A DNA stretch of 64,000 nt, from positions 3,198 through 67,197 of the forward strand of contig JAFRJA010000045.1 in the NCBI GenBank assembly GCA_017432545.1. Direction: 5' to 3'. The first letter of the stretch is position 1. Every line of letters starts with the position of its first letter. This DNA is from Erysipelotrichaceae bacterium (GTDB lineage Bacteria; Bacillota_I; Bacilli_A; Erysipelotrichales; Erysipelotrichaceae). Positions 25,847 to 36,162 of the stretch are shown here, piece by piece. The position numbers and the translations under genes were made by a program. The notes beneath the pieces were generated by a model, which did no database searches, was not told the DNA's origin, and was given only the letters and a program-made list of their open reading frames with translations.

Positions 25847-27230
25847 TCTGCGTTTTCAGCTTATCGCGATCTTATTGGTCTTTGTAGTGGCGGTCATGGG
25901 TCTGGTATATTTCGTCCAGACGACTTTTTTGGATGACTTCTACAAGGCCAACAAGGTCAAGTCGCTACAAAGCGTGGGCTATTCGGTAGCTTCTTTGATC
26001 GGGGATGACGATATGGAAGAAGCCATCGAATATATCTCGATGTCCAATGAAGTCTGTGTCAGGATCGTTTCCAACGAGGATGATCTCAACTACACGGGTG
26101 CTTGTACATTGAGGAGTTTCGACAATGAGATCATCAATATGATCGCTGCGGAAGTCAGCCAGACTGATGCACAAGAAAAGCTCTATGACAACTTCCATTA
26201 TCAGCGTCATTTTCTTGATCGGCCGGAAGATGTCTACATCTTTGCCAAACTTATGACCTATGATGATGATCCGGTCATGATCATGGTGTCTTCGGGTATC
26301 AGCCCCTTGAATACGACCATCTCGACGATCAAGTCGCAATATCTGCTGATCCTGGCCATCATCATCGTAATGACTTTGATTTTGGCTCTCATACTTTCCC
26401 GCTATATCCTGAAGCCCATCAAACAGATCAACAGCGAATCCAAGAACCTGTCCAAAGGTGCCTACGATCCGCAAATGGTCAAGACGGTCTCGCTGGAGTT
26501 CGATGAACTTAATGAGACCCTTGAAAATGCCAATGAGGATATCCTGAAGGCGGAAAAGGCCAAGAAGGAACTATTGGGCAATGTATCCCATGACCTCAGG
26601 ACGCCATTGACGATGATCGTCGGCTATGGCGAGATGATCAGGGATCTGCCGGAAGAAAACAACGAAGAGAATATCAATGTTATCATCGACGAGGCCAAGA
26701 GACTCTCAACGCTAGTCGATGATCTGATCGATATTTCCAAGATCGATGCGATCAAACTGGAACTAAGTAAAGAGAAGGTGAGCCTGAAATCTTTGCTTAA
26801 CGAAGTCTATCATCAGTATGATAAGCATTGTAAATCCCAAGGAATTGAACTAACTTTAAATACTGAGGAAGAAGATGCGCAGGTCGAAGTCGATGTCAAG
26901 CGCATCAAACAGGTCCTGTACAACTTCATCAACAACTCTCTCAACTACAACGACAAGGATAAACAAAAGATCGAGATCGGCTATCAGAAGCTTGATGATA
27001 CCTATCGGGTCTATGTCTATGACAATGGCGAGGGTATCGATGAAAAGGATATAAACAATATCTGGGATCGCTACTATAAAGTCGACAAGGAACACAAGCG
27101 CCATCATATCGGTTCGGGTATCGGATTGTCGCTGGCCAAACAGCTGCTGGATGCCCATGGCTTCAATTATGGCGTAGAGTCGCAAAAAGGGGAATGGACC
27201 AGATTTTATTTCGATGTTCAAGCAAGTTAA
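25830..27230 (+). CDS. sensor histidine kinase
   Basis: Two TM segments, H-box SHDLRTPLT, and N/G boxes (NNSLNY, DNGEGI, GSGIGL). TTG start overlaps the response regulator stop. Confidence 0.85.
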   Translation: MKKKFSLRFQLIAILLVFVVAVMGLVYFVQTTFLDDFYKANKVKSLQSVGYSVASLIGDDDMEEAIEYISMSNEVCVRIVSNEDDLNYTGACTLRSFDNEIINMIAAEVSQTDAQEKLYDNFHYQRHFLDRPEDVYIFAKLMTYDDDPVMIMVSSGISPLNTTISTIKSQYLLILAIIIVMTLILALILSRYILKPIKQINSESKNLSKGAYDPQMVKTVSLEFDELNETLENANEDILKAEKAKKELLGNVSHDLRTPLTMIVGYGEMIRDLPEENNEENINVIIDEAKRLSTLVDDLIDISKIDAIKLELSKEKVSLKSLLNEVYHQYDKHCKSQGIELTLNTEEEDAQVEVDVKRIKQVLYNFINNSLNYNDKDKQKIEIGYQKLDDTYRVYVYDNGEGIDEKDINNIWDRYYKVDKEHKRHHIGSGIGLSLAKQLLDAHGFNYGVESQKGEWTRFYFDVQAS

Positions 27231-27256
27231 ACCTGTAGAAATACAGGTTTTATTTT
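27229..27256 (+). terminator. intrinsic terminator after the kinase gene
   Basis: AACCTGTA-GAAA-TACAGGTT followed by TTATTTT. Confidence 0.7.
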
Positions 27257-27289
27257 ATAATTAAGATAATTGATATTGAGGATAATGCT

Positions 27290-28381
27290 ATGAAAATCAT
27301 ACTGGAACATCTGACCAAGCAGTTTATTTCCCGAAGCAATAAGAAAGATATCATCACGGCTGTCAATGATTTCAATTTCGAGATCCCCGATGGCAAGCTG
27401 ATCGGCCTTTTGGGTCCTTCGGGCTGCGGCAAATCGACGGCTTTGAATCTGATCTGCGGTCTGGAAGCACCGACTTCCGGAAGGATCTATTTTGATGAAC
27501 TCGATGTGACCGATCTGCCTCCGGAGAACAGAGGCGTCGGTATGGTATTCCAGAACTACGCCTTATATCCTCATCTTAGCGTCAGAGCCAATATCCGTTT
27601 TCCTTTGGAGAACCTCAAGGGTCCCGATAAGCTGTCCAAGGAAGTCATGGAAGAAAGAGTCATGGAAGCGGCCAAGCTGGTTCAGATCGAATCATTGATG
27701 GAACGCAAACCTTCCGAAATGTCCGGCGGTCAGCAGCAGCGTGTAGCCATCGCCAGAGCTTTGGTCAAGACCCCGGGTGTTCTTTTACTGGACGAGCCCT
27801 TGTCCAACCTGGATGCCAGACTGAGACTTCAGACCAGGGAACAGATCAGAAGGATACAGAAGGAGACGGGAGTTACGACGATCTTTGTCACCCACGACCA
27901 GGAAGAGGCGATGTCGATCTCCGATTTCATCATCGTCATGCAAGCGGGTGTCTTGCAGCAGATGGGCAAGCCTCAGGAAGTCTATGATGAACCGGTCAAT
28001 CTGTTCGTAGCCAAGTTTTTGGGCAATCCGGCGATCAACGTCTTTGAAGGCTATATCAAAGATCATAAGCTCTATATCGGTGAAGATCTGATCGGAGAAA
28101 GAAACGTCGAAGATCAGGAAGTCTACGTGGGCATCAGGGCCGAGGCTTTCATTCCCGACAAGGAAGGTCCGTTCAGATGTGTTTTCGATCGGGTCGAGAC
28201 GACCGGCAGAGATACCAGTATCGTCTGCCACAACGATAAATGCATCTCCGATGAAGATATCAGAGCCATCGTATCTTCCGATGATGAACTAAACAACGAT
28301 AACGGCATCATTCGCTTCAGGCTCAAACCGGCCAAGGTCCATGTCTTTTCCAAAATAGATGAAAAGGTGATCAATGGGTAG
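27290..28381 (+). CDS. sugar ABC transporter ATP-binding protein (MalK/MsmX/UgpC type)
   Basis: Walker A GPSGCGKST, signature LSGGQQQR, Walker B LLLDEP, and a C-terminal regulatory domain. Confidence 0.9.
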   Translation: MKIILEHLTKQFISRSNKKDIITAVNDFNFEIPDGKLIGLLGPSGCGKSTALNLICGLEAPTSGRIYFDELDVTDLPPENRGVGMVFQNYALYPHLSVRANIRFPLENLKGPDKLSKEVMEERVMEAAKLVQIESLMERKPSEMSGGQQQRVAIARALVKTPGVLLLDEPLSNLDARLRLQTREQIRRIQKETGVTTIFVTHDQEEAMSISDFIIVMQAGVLQQMGKPQEVYDEPVNLFVAKFLGNPAINVFEGYIKDHKLYIGEDLIGERNVEDQEVYVGIRAEAFIPDKEGPFRCVFDRVETTGRDTSIVCHNDKCISDEDIRAIVSSDDELNNDNGIIRFRLKPAKVHVFSKIDEKVING

Positions 28382-29270
28382 GAAAAACGATCTTAAAGGC
28401 TGGCTCTATCTGCTGCCGGCATTAGTATTCATCGGGATCTTCATGGTCTATCCTTTGGTAGATGTTTTGGTCTACTCCTTTGAAGAGGGCTACAACTTCG
28501 CCTCCCAGACTTATAACGGGGTGGGCTTATACAACTATTCCTATGTTCTGCACGATCCTTATTTCATGCAGGCGGTGAAGAATACCTTCATTCTGGTCAT
28601 CATCACCGTTCCTTTGTCTACGGGTATCGCTTTACTGATATCGCTAGCCCTTAATTCGATCAACCGTTTCAAGGATCTGTTCCAGACGATCTTCTTTCTG
28701 CCATATGTCACCAATACTTTGGCGGTGGGCCTGGTCTTTATGATCCTGTTCAAGAAGACGGCTTATTCGGAGGGTCTGATCAATCTGCTTTTAAATAGTT
28801 TCGGCATCGCTTCGATCGATTTCATCGAAGGACCTTACTGGGCCAAGATGTTCGTGCTTTGTTTCTATACGATCTGGATCGTATTGCCTTTCAAGATCCT
28901 GATCCTTACTTCGGCTTTGGCTTCCGTCAACAAGGATTACTACAATGTCGCCAGAGTGGATGGCACTTCCAAGTGGCGGATCTTCTATAAGATAACCTTG
29001 CCGATGATCTCACCGTCCTTATTCTATCTGGTCATCACCGGTTTCATTGGGGCTTTCAAGGCCTATTCGGATGTTGTAGCTCTGTTTGGTATCGATTTAA
29101 ATGCGGCGGGCATGAATACGATCGTCGGTTATGTCTACGATATGTTATATGGCAATTCGGGCGGTTATCCTTCTTTTGCTTCGGCGGCGGCACTGATTTT
29201 GTTTGCGATCGTTTTGACGATCACAGTCATCAATCTGCTGGTTTCGAAGAAGAATGTGCACTATCAATAG
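28374..29270 (+). CDS. carbohydrate ABC transporter permease
   Basis: Six TM segments and an EAA-like loop (VARVDGTSKWRIFYKITLP). Confidence 0.85.
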   Translation: MGRKNDLKGWLYLLPALVFIGIFMVYPLVDVLVYSFEEGYNFASQTYNGVGLYNYSYVLHDPYFMQAVKNTFILVIITVPLSTGIALLISLALNSINRFKDLFQTIFFLPYVTNTLAVGLVFMILFKKTAYSEGLINLLLNSFGIASIDFIEGPYWAKMFVLCFYTIWIVLPFKILILTSALASVNKDYYNVARVDGTSKWRIFYKITLPMISPSLFYLVITGFIGAFKAYSDVVALFGIDLNAAGMNTIVGYVYDMLYGNSGGYPSFASAAALILFAIVLTITVINLLVSKKNVHYQ

Positions 29271-29273
29271 AAT

Positions 29274-30140
29274 ATGAATAAGATAAAAGAACTGGAAAGA
29301 AGAAGCAGGATCAGAAACGGCGCCTGGATGACGGCGATCTTTGTGCTGCTTATCATCTGGGCCATCATCGTTCTGTTCCCGTTTTACTGGATGCTGCTGA
29401 CTTCCGTTAAGTCCTATGCGGCCTACAACTCCGAATATATACCGCAGTTTATAACCCTGTCTCCGACTTTAGAGAACTATATCCAGGCCTTTACAGCGGT
29501 GCCTTTGGCTAAGTATTTCATCAATACGATCATCTTTACGATAGTCACGACCTTACTGATGATGGTCGTGGTGGTCTTATCGGCCTTCGCCTTCTCGAGA
29601 CTTGAATTCAAGGGCAAGGACCTGGTCTTTACGATGTTTCTGTCGCTGATGATGATCCCCAATGAGCTGGTCATCATCACCAACTTCGTTACGATCTCCA
29701 ATGCGGGTCTCAGAAACTCTTTCCCGGGTCTGATCTTGCCCAGTGTAACTTCCATCTTCTATATCTATCTGTTAAAAGAGAATTTCGAGCAGATACCTGA
29801 GGAGTTATACAAGGCGGCTAAGGTCGATGGAACTTCGGATTTCAAATATCTGTGGAAGGTCATGATCCCGATCTGCAGGCCGACGATCGTGACGGTATTG
29901 ATCTTAAAGGTCATCGAGTGCTGGAACTCCTACGTCTGGCCCAGGCTGATCACGGATGATGAGAACTATTTCTTAGTTTCCAACGGCATTCAGACGATCA
30001 GGGAATCGGGCTTTGGCCGCGAGAACATTCCGGCCATGATGGCGGCCGTCGTGGTCATCTCCATACCTTTGATCATCATCTTCCTCATCTTCCACAAGAA
30101 GATCATGGAAGGTGTTTCCAGGGGAGGTACCAAAGGATGA
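29274..30140 (+). CDS. carbohydrate ABC transporter permease
   Basis: TM-rich, with EAA loop AAKVDGTSDFKYLWKVMIP. Confidence 0.85.
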   Translation: MNKIKELERRSRIRNGAWMTAIFVLLIIWAIIVLFPFYWMLLTSVKSYAAYNSEYIPQFITLSPTLENYIQAFTAVPLAKYFINTIIFTIVTTLLMMVVVVLSAFAFSRLEFKGKDLVFTMFLSLMMIPNELVIITNFVTISNAGLRNSFPGLILPSVTSIFYIYLLKENFEQIPEELYKAAKVDGTSDFKYLWKVMIPICRPTIVTVLILKVIECWNSYVWPRLITDDENYFLVSNGIQTIRESGFGRENIPAMMAAVVVISIPLIIIFLIFHKKIMEGVSRGGTKG

Positions 30141-31705
30141 TGAAGAGACTTTTGATCATATTGATGGTCCTGCTTTTATGCGGCTGTCATGGTTCAAGGG
30201 GCAGCAGTGCTTTTGAATTGCCTGAAAGTTTTGATGAAAGCCGCAACTATGAGATCTCTTTCTGGGCCAAGAACGATACCAATATCAATCAGGTCAATGT
30301 CTACAAGAAGGCCATTGCCGACTTTGAAACGATATATCCCAACATCAAAGTAAATCTCAAACTTTATACCGATTATTCCCGGATCTATAACGACGTCATC
30401 ACCAACATCTCGACCAATACGACGCCTAACGTCTGTATCACTTATCCCGACCATATCGCGACCTATATGACCGGTGACAACACGGTCGTCGCGCTTGATG
30501 AGCTTCTGGATGATGAAAGATACGGCTTGGGTGGAAGTGAAGTGAGATTCGATGCGCCGAAAAAAGATGAAGTGGTAACGGAATTTTTGAATGAAGGCAT
30601 CATTGGCGGAAACTACTACGCCTTGCCGTTCATGCGTTCGACCGAAGCTTTGTATATCAACAAGACTTATGTCGAAAAGCTGGGTTATGAGATACCGGAG
30701 GTCATGACCTGGGATCTGATCTGGGAGATCTCCGAGGCGGCTTTAGCCAAAGATGAAGATGATAATTTCCTGGTCAACGGCCAGAAGATCATGATCCCGT
30801 TCATCTACAAATCGACCGACAACATGATGATCTCCATCCTCAAACAGCTGAATGCTCCGTATTCCGATGATGAGGGCAATGTGCTGATCTTCAACGATAC
30901 GACCAGAGATGTGCTTTATGAGATCGCTGAACATGCCTCAACGGGAGCTTTCTCGACTTTCAAGATCTCTTCCTATCCGGCCAATTTCCTCAATGCCGGC
31001 CAGTGTATCTTTGCGATCGATTCCACGGCCGGAGCGACCTGGATGGGTTCCAAGGCACCGTTACTGGATATCCCGGAAGACCAGCTGGTCGAATTCGAGA
31101 CGGTCGTTAGGCCCATACCGCAGTATGACGTCAACGATATGAAGATGATCTCCCAGGGTCCTTCGCTTTGTATCTTCAACAAGTCCGACCCGCAAGATGT
31201 TTTAGCTTCATGGCTGTTTACCCAGTATCTTTTAAGCAACGACGTGCAGATCGCCTACAGCAAGACGGAAGGCTATGTACCGGTCACGTTAAAGGCTCAA
31301 AACGATGTCTCATATCAGGAGTATCTGGCGGCAGGGGATGAAGACGATGAGGAACACTATCTGATCAAGATCGAAGCGGCAAAGCTTTTGATCGATAATG
31401 TGGCCAACAGCTTCGTTACTTCCGTTTTCAACGGTTCGGCTTCCTTGCGTGATGCCGCAGGTTCTCTGATCGAGAATACCTGCAAGTCAGCCAGGCGCAA
31501 GCAGACGATAGACGATCAGTATTTTGCCGATCTTTATGAAAAGCTCACTTCGCTGTATCACCTGGATCAAAGCACCGGTGTTTCGGGCAATAAGGATCTG
31601 GGACCTTTGCCGGGAACTTCCGTAGCGTTGTTGTCGGCACTAGGCATAAGCTGGGTCTGTATCGGCATCTATTATTTCTTAAGTATCAGAAACAAGGGCA
31701 AATGA
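30137..31705 (+). CDS. extracellular solute-binding lipoprotein of the ABC transporter
   Basis: Lipobox-like LLLCGC signal and a family-1 SBP-like body. Unusual C-terminal LPGTS plus hydrophobic segment plus basic tail. Confidence 0.75.
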   Translation: MMKRLLIILMVLLLCGCHGSRGSSAFELPESFDESRNYEISFWAKNDTNINQVNVYKKAIADFETIYPNIKVNLKLYTDYSRIYNDVITNISTNTTPNVCITYPDHIATYMTGDNTVVALDELLDDERYGLGGSEVRFDAPKKDEVVTEFLNEGIIGGNYYALPFMRSTEALYINKTYVEKLGYEIPEVMTWDLIWEISEAALAKDEDDNFLVNGQKIMIPFIYKSTDNMMISILKQLNAPYSDDEGNVLIFNDTTRDVLYEIAEHASTGAFSTFKISSYPANFLNAGQCIFAIDSTAGATWMGSKAPLLDIPEDQLVEFETVVRPIPQYDVNDMKMISQGPSLCIFNKSDPQDVLASWLFTQYLLSNDVQIAYSKTEGYVPVTLKAQNDVSYQEYLAAGDEDDEEHYLIKIEAAKLLIDNVANSFVTSVFNGSASLRDAAGSLIENTCKSARRKQTIDDQYFADLYEKLTSLYHLDQSTGVSGNKDLGPLPGTSVALLSALGISWVCIGIYYFLSIRNKGK

Positions 31706-31772
31706 TGTCCTTGTTTTTGAATTGTGATATCATATTGTTGTTCTAAAGATAGCTTTAGGAGGAGAAGAAAAA

Positions 31773-32615
31773 ATGAAAAAATTACTTACTGTCTTACTGG
31801 GCATCTGCATGATCCTCTCGCTGGCTGCCTGCTCGCAGAAACAGGAAGAGCCTGCAGCTCCGGAAACTCCCGAAACACCGGAAACAGTCGAAGAATTCGA
31901 TCCGAGTGCCAAATCGGAAGGTGTCATGACTTATGCCGAATACGCTGCTGCCGCTGAAGGTGATGAAGTGCTGATCGAAGGTTTCGTTCAGGCTGCTCAG
32001 TCCTACTGGAACGGTGCCAAGCTCTATCTGGCCGATCCGGATGGCGCATACTTCGTATATTGCGATGGCAAGGGCGAAGATATCAACATCTCGGAAGATG
32101 ATTTCGCTAAGGTCGTGCTTTCGACCGACTATGCCGAGGGCTGGACCGGTATGGCTACCGGTGCCAAAGTTCAGGTCAAGGGCGTCAAGTCCCAGTGGTC
32201 CGGTGAAATCGAGATCTCCGAAGCGGAAGTGACCGTTCTGGATTCCGAATCCTGGTATGCGGAGGCTGAAGATGTCACGGCTTTATTAGGAACGGACGCT
32301 CTGGCTGACAAGATGAACAGATATGTCGCTTTCAAAGGCATGACGGTTGAAGCTTCCAAGGATGCCAACGGCAACGATGTCGCCTTCCTGTACAACTGGG
32401 ATGGTTCCGGCGAGCCGGGTTCCGATCTGTACTTCAATGTTTCGATCGATGGCAATGTCTACAACTTCGTCGTTGAGTCCTATCTGTGCTATGACGGTTC
32501 AGTCGTTTACGATGCTGTCGAGGCTCTCAATATCGGTGATGTCGTCGATATGACCGGTTTCTTATACTGGTACAACGGTCCTAACCCGCACATCACTTCG
32601 ATCGAAGTCAAATAA
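31773..32615 (+). CDS. lipoprotein of unknown function
   Basis: Signal LSLAAC and a PETPETPET linker. Strong GGAGGAG RBS. Confidence 0.7.
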   Translation: MKKLLTVLLGICMILSLAACSQKQEEPAAPETPETPETVEEFDPSAKSEGVMTYAEYAAAAEGDEVLIEGFVQAAQSYWNGAKLYLADPDGAYFVYCDGKGEDINISEDDFAKVVLSTDYAEGWTGMATGAKVQVKGVKSQWSGEIEISEAEVTVLDSESWYAEAEDVTALLGTDALADKMNRYVAFKGMTVEASKDANGNDVAFLYNWDGSGEPGSDLYFNVSIDGNVYNFVVESYLCYDGSVVYDAVEALNIGDVVDMTGFLYWYNGPNPHITSIEVK

Positions 32616-32628
32616 GTTTGATCTGTTA

Positions 32629-32658
32629 AAGAAAGGATACTCGTATCCTTTCTTTTTT
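32629..32658 (+). terminator. intrinsic terminator
   Basis: AAAGAAAGGATAC-TC-GTATCCTTTCTTT followed by TTT. Confidence 0.75.
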
Positions 32659-32747
32659 GGCTCATTTTTCAAGCGAATCATATTCAAATTTTAAGGAAAA
32701 ACCTTATAATATAAATGTAGTCATAAATATAGGAGGAAAAAATAATT

Positions 32748-33818
32748 ATGGCAGTAAAAGTTGCAATTAATGGCTTCGGACGTATCGGTAGATTAGCTTT
32801 CCGTCAGATGTTCGGTGCCGAGGGCTACGAAGTTGTCGCTATCAACGACCTGACCAGCCCGAAGATGTTGGCAAATTTATTGAAGTATGACTCTGCTCAG
32901 GGTGGTTACTGCGGTAAGTTTGGCGAAAACCTTCACACAGTCTCTTCAAAAGAGCCTGAAATGGAAGAAGACGGCAAGACCGTAAAGGCTCCTGGTTCCA
33001 TCACTGTCGATGGCAAGGAGATCACTATCTATGCCAAGCCGAATGCTGCTGATTTACCTTGGGGTGAATTAGATGTTGATGTCGTTCTGGAGTGCACAGG
33101 TTTCTACACTTCAAAGGCAAAGGCTCAGGCTCATATCGACGCCGGTGCCAAGAAAGTCGTTATCTCTGCTCCGGCAGGCAACGATCTTCCGACCATCGTT
33201 TACAACGTCAACCATGAGACTCTGACTAAAGAAGACAAGATCATTTCCGCTGCTTCTTGTACAACCAACTGTCTGGCACCTATGACTCAGGCATTGAACG
33301 ACTATGCTCCGATCCAGTCCGGTATCATGACGACTGTTCATGCTTACACGGGCGACCAGATGATCCTCGATGGTCCGCACAGAAAAGGCGACCTCCAGAG
33401 AGCAAGAGCAGGCGCTGCTAACATCGTTCCTAACTCAACTGGTGCTGCCAAGGCTATCGGTTTAGTCATTCCTGAACTCAACGGCAAGCTCATCGGTGCT
33501 GCTCAGAGAGTTCCGACTGTTACCGGTTCTACCACGATCTTACACGCTGTCGTCAAGGCTGAAAACGTAACTGTTGAAGGCATCAACGAAGCTATGAAGG
33601 CTCATGCCAACGAATCATTCGGTTACACGACTGAGAAACTGGTTTCTTCCGACATCATCGGTATGAAATTCGGTTCCCTGTTCGATGCCAACCAGACCAT
33701 GGTTGCCGATATGGGCGATGGTTCATATCTGGTACAGGTCGTTTCCTGGTACGACAACGAGAACTCTTACACATCTCAGATGGTAAGAACGATCAAGTAC
33801 TTCGCTGAATTAGGCTAA
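32748..33818 (+). CDS. gap: type I glyceraldehyde-3-phosphate dehydrogenase
   Basis: [12 protein letters not shown]-binding motif and active-site SCTTNCLAP. Confidence 0.95.
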   Translation: MAVKVAINGFGRIGRLAFRQMFGAEGYEVVAINDLTSPKMLANLLKYDSAQGGYCGKFGENLHTVSSKEPEMEEDGKTVKAPGSITVDGKEITIYAKPNAADLPWGELDVDVVLECTGFYTSKAKAQAHIDAGAKKVVISAPAGNDLPTIVYNVNHETLTKEDKIISAASCTTNCLAPMTQALNDYAPIQSGIMTTVHAYTGDQMILDGPHRKGDLQRARAGAANIVPNSTGAAKAIGLVIPELNGKLIGAAQRVPTVTGSTTILHAVVKAENVTVEGINEAMKAHANESFGYTTEKLVSSDIIGMKFGSLFDANQTMVADMGDGSYLVQVVSWYDNENSYTSQMVRTIKYFAELG

Positions 33819-33857
33819 AAAGTACTTAAACTGAAAATTTAGACTTCAGTAAAATCA

Positions 33858-33896
33858 GACGGATACATCAGAAATGATGGTCCGTCTTTTTTTTTT
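33858..33896 (+). terminator. intrinsic terminator after gap
   Basis: AGACGGA ... TCCGTCT stem followed by a T10 run. Confidence 0.8.
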
Positions 33897-33956
33897 GAAT
33901 GAGAGTCATGTTGAAGAGCGGTATAAATAACTGAGGTTTTGGATCATCTTGATCTG

Positions 33957-34036
33957 AGAACAGAATTTAGCGAAAGAAGGTTTCCGGTTTTATCATCTGA
34001 AGTCTTTTTAATACAATGAATAGAGAAAGACGAAAA
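33957..34036 (+). repeat. IRU copy (3' half: degenerate hairpin plus TTTTTAATACAATGAATAGAGAAAGACGAAAATGA)
   Basis: Aligns with 44650-44712 and 37485-37545. Confidence 0.55.
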
Positions 34037-34052
34037 TGATATTTGCGAGTAT

Positions 34053-34286
34053 ATGAAAAGAGTACAGTTAAAGGAACTTGGCTTTGAATCAAGGGATGAG
34101 GCGATTTCCTTCTTAAAAAAATTATGGAGTGAAGAGAGTGTTAATTGTCCAATCTGTGGAAACAGGCTGTAACTTCTTCATAAAAAGGCCAAGAAAAGCA
34201 ATTGCGATTGGATGTGCAGATATTGTGACGAAACATTCAAGACGATACATCTGCTTGATGAAGTTAATGAGAAAATGCTGAATTGA
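34053..34286 (+). pseudogene. small zinc-ribbon protein gene with an in-frame TAA at codon 40
   Basis: MKRVQLKELGF...CPICGNRL*LLHKKAKKSNCDWMCRYCDETF.... Two CxxC pairs straddle the stop at 34170-34172. Confidence 0.5.
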
Positions 34287-34298
34287 TAGCTTCAATAT

Positions 34299-35213
34299 TT
34301 ATTGATTTCCAAGAAATTCCAATAACTCTTTTTCAGCAGGTGCATTTCGTGCACCTGATTTTGTTATTGATAAAGCAGCTGCGGCATTGGCATATTTAAG
34401 ACAGTCATGTAATGAGCATTGATGAACCAAGCCGTAAATAAAGCCCGCATTAAAGACATCGCCCGCTCCCAAAGTGTCTTTGATTTGAACTTTATATCCT
34501 TCGACAAAGGATATTTCGTTATTCGCCTTATAATATGCTCCATGTTCATTATGAGCTATGACGACCTGATTATTTAAAGTGTTCAAAGCTTCATGGATAT
34601 CTTTTTTGCCGGTTATAAACAAGATATCATCTTCAACGGAACCTAAAAGATAATCCGTTAAAGCAATGACTCTATTAAGATACTTGCGATCTTTGTTTCC
34701 GGTTTCATTGCGGAAGTTAAGATCAAGCAGGATCCTGATTCCTTTTTCATGCGCTTTCTGCAAGAAAGAAAGGATACTGCTGGCTGCAGGTTCATCAAAT
34801 AGCATCATCCCATTTGTTAAGATGTATTCAGTGTCCTTTAGATCGATAGTATTTAGATCATCTTCATGGATGGCTAAATATGAGGGTTCCTTTTTAGGCA
34901 TCAGAAACGGATGACGGTCATTGTTTTCATCGATGACCACCAGTATCTGGGTCGTTACTAAATCAGGATCAAGGTCAAAATAAGAAGTATCCACGCCGTT
35001 TTCTTTGAATTCCTTTAACATCTTCAGACCATAGATGTCTTTACCGGCTTTGCCACAAAAGGCGGTATTGACATTAAACTTGCCTAAAAAGACGGCACTA
35101 TTGGCGCAAGCTCCGCCACAGCTGAAAGTAACCTCCACTTCTTTAACAAGTGATTCGCCATAGGGAATGATGATATCGGCGCAACTGTCGCCAAGACACA
35201 ATACTTTACTCAT
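34299..35213 (-). CDS. PfkB-family carbohydrate kinase
   Basis: N-terminal GDSCADII, C-terminal DTLGAGDVFNAGF (PfkB signature 2) and an anion hole. Confidence 0.85.
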   Translation of the reverse strand: MSKVLCLGDSCADIIIPYGESLVKEVEVTFSCGGACANSAVFLGKFNVNTAFCGKAGKDIYGLKMLKEFKENGVDTSYFDLDPDLVTTQILVVIDENNDRHPFLMPKKEPSYLAIHEDDLNTIDLKDTEYILTNGMMLFDEPAASSILSFLQKAHEKGIRILLDLNFRNETGNKDRKYLNRVIALTDYLLGSVEDDILFITGKKDIHEALNTLNNQVVIAHNEHGAYYKANNEISFVEGYKVQIKDTLGAGDVFNAGFIYGLVHQCSLHDCLKYANAAAALSITKSGARNAPAEKELLEFLGNQ

Positions 35214-35892
35214 TGATTAATGCAAAGGCCTCTTTAGCATTCTGAATAAATGCTTTGACTTTCTCGATATTTTTGACGGAACTACCATCAGGCAGGATAT
35301 CACTGGTTTTGGTAAAAGAATCCACGCCCCAGGGTCTGACTTTCAAAATAGCTTCTTTAACGTTTTCAGGTGATAAACCTCCGGCAAGGATCACCCGGCA
35401 TTTGGCCTGTTTGACGATAAGGGCATCGATATCCCAGTCGTTGGTAAATCCGGCAGCTCCAATACCGTTGATATTCTTATCTACTGAATCTAAGATCAGC
35501 ATATCGACAAATTCGGAGTAATATGAGGCCTGTTCAATTGAGCTTTCATCGATTATTCCGATCGCCTGTAAAACCTCGATACCGTCAACCAGTTCCTTGA
35601 TCCTTTTTACGAACTCTCTGGTCGCATAATAATCATAACCGCAGATATGGATGACATCAGGTTTAAGATAAACTACCGGATCATATAACTGTTCCTCACT
35701 GTCGGTTACGCAGATCAAAACCTTTTTGGCTTTATCGCCAATGGCATCAAAGATCTCTTTTGCTTTGTCGATCGAAACCTGATTGGGCAATTTGACACCG
35801 GTATCGATCGCCAAGCCAATGCGATCTGCACCGGCAGCGATACAATCAAGAGCTTCCTGAACGGTCTGAATGGAATATATTTGTGTGATCAT
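35206..35892 (-). CDS. TIM-barrel protein, phosphoribosylanthranilate isomerase (TrpF)-like
   Basis: VQEALDCIAAGADRIGL ... ILAGGLSPENVKEAI..VRPWGVDS pattern, as in PRAI-family proteins. Confidence 0.55.
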   Translation of the reverse strand: MITQIYSIQTVQEALDCIAAGADRIGLAIDTGVKLPNQVSIDKAKEIFDAIGDKAKKVLICVTDSEEQLYDPVVYLKPDVIHICGYDYYATREFVKRIKELVDGIEVLQAIGIIDESSIEQASYYSEFVDMLILDSVDKNINGIGAAGFTNDWDIDALIVKQAKCRVILAGGLSPENVKEAILKVRPWGVDSFTKTSDILPDGSSVKNIEKVKAFIQNAKEAFALINE

Positions 35893-36162
35893 TAAACTCT
35901 CCTAATTAATTATCGATAAAGCATTCTTATCAGTTTTTAAATAAATGAAGATATCCGTTTATTCAAGTATAATCCCATCTTTAACGCTTTGAAATATAAA
36001 TAAAAAGAAAGGCTGAAATGGATTCTGGTTAATTAAAGCATAAGTTAACAAACATGATTCAGAAAATGAATATTTCAGGAGAAAACGCGATCTTTCAATA
36101 ACTTCAATGATGTGTTATTAATAGTGTATAATTGACCTATAAATTAAACGGAGAACAGCACA

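Noticed and set aside
31855-31890. PETPETPET-encoding tandem repeat.
   Set aside because: It is an ordinary Pro/Glu/Thr linker after a lipoprotein signal peptide and is not a separate feature.
32919-33003. An insertion of about 25 aa in GAPDH relative to the classical enzyme (..[22 protein letters not shown]..).
   Set aside because: The catalytic and NAD-binding motifs are intact. This is probably a lineage-typical surface loop and cannot be evaluated without an alignment.
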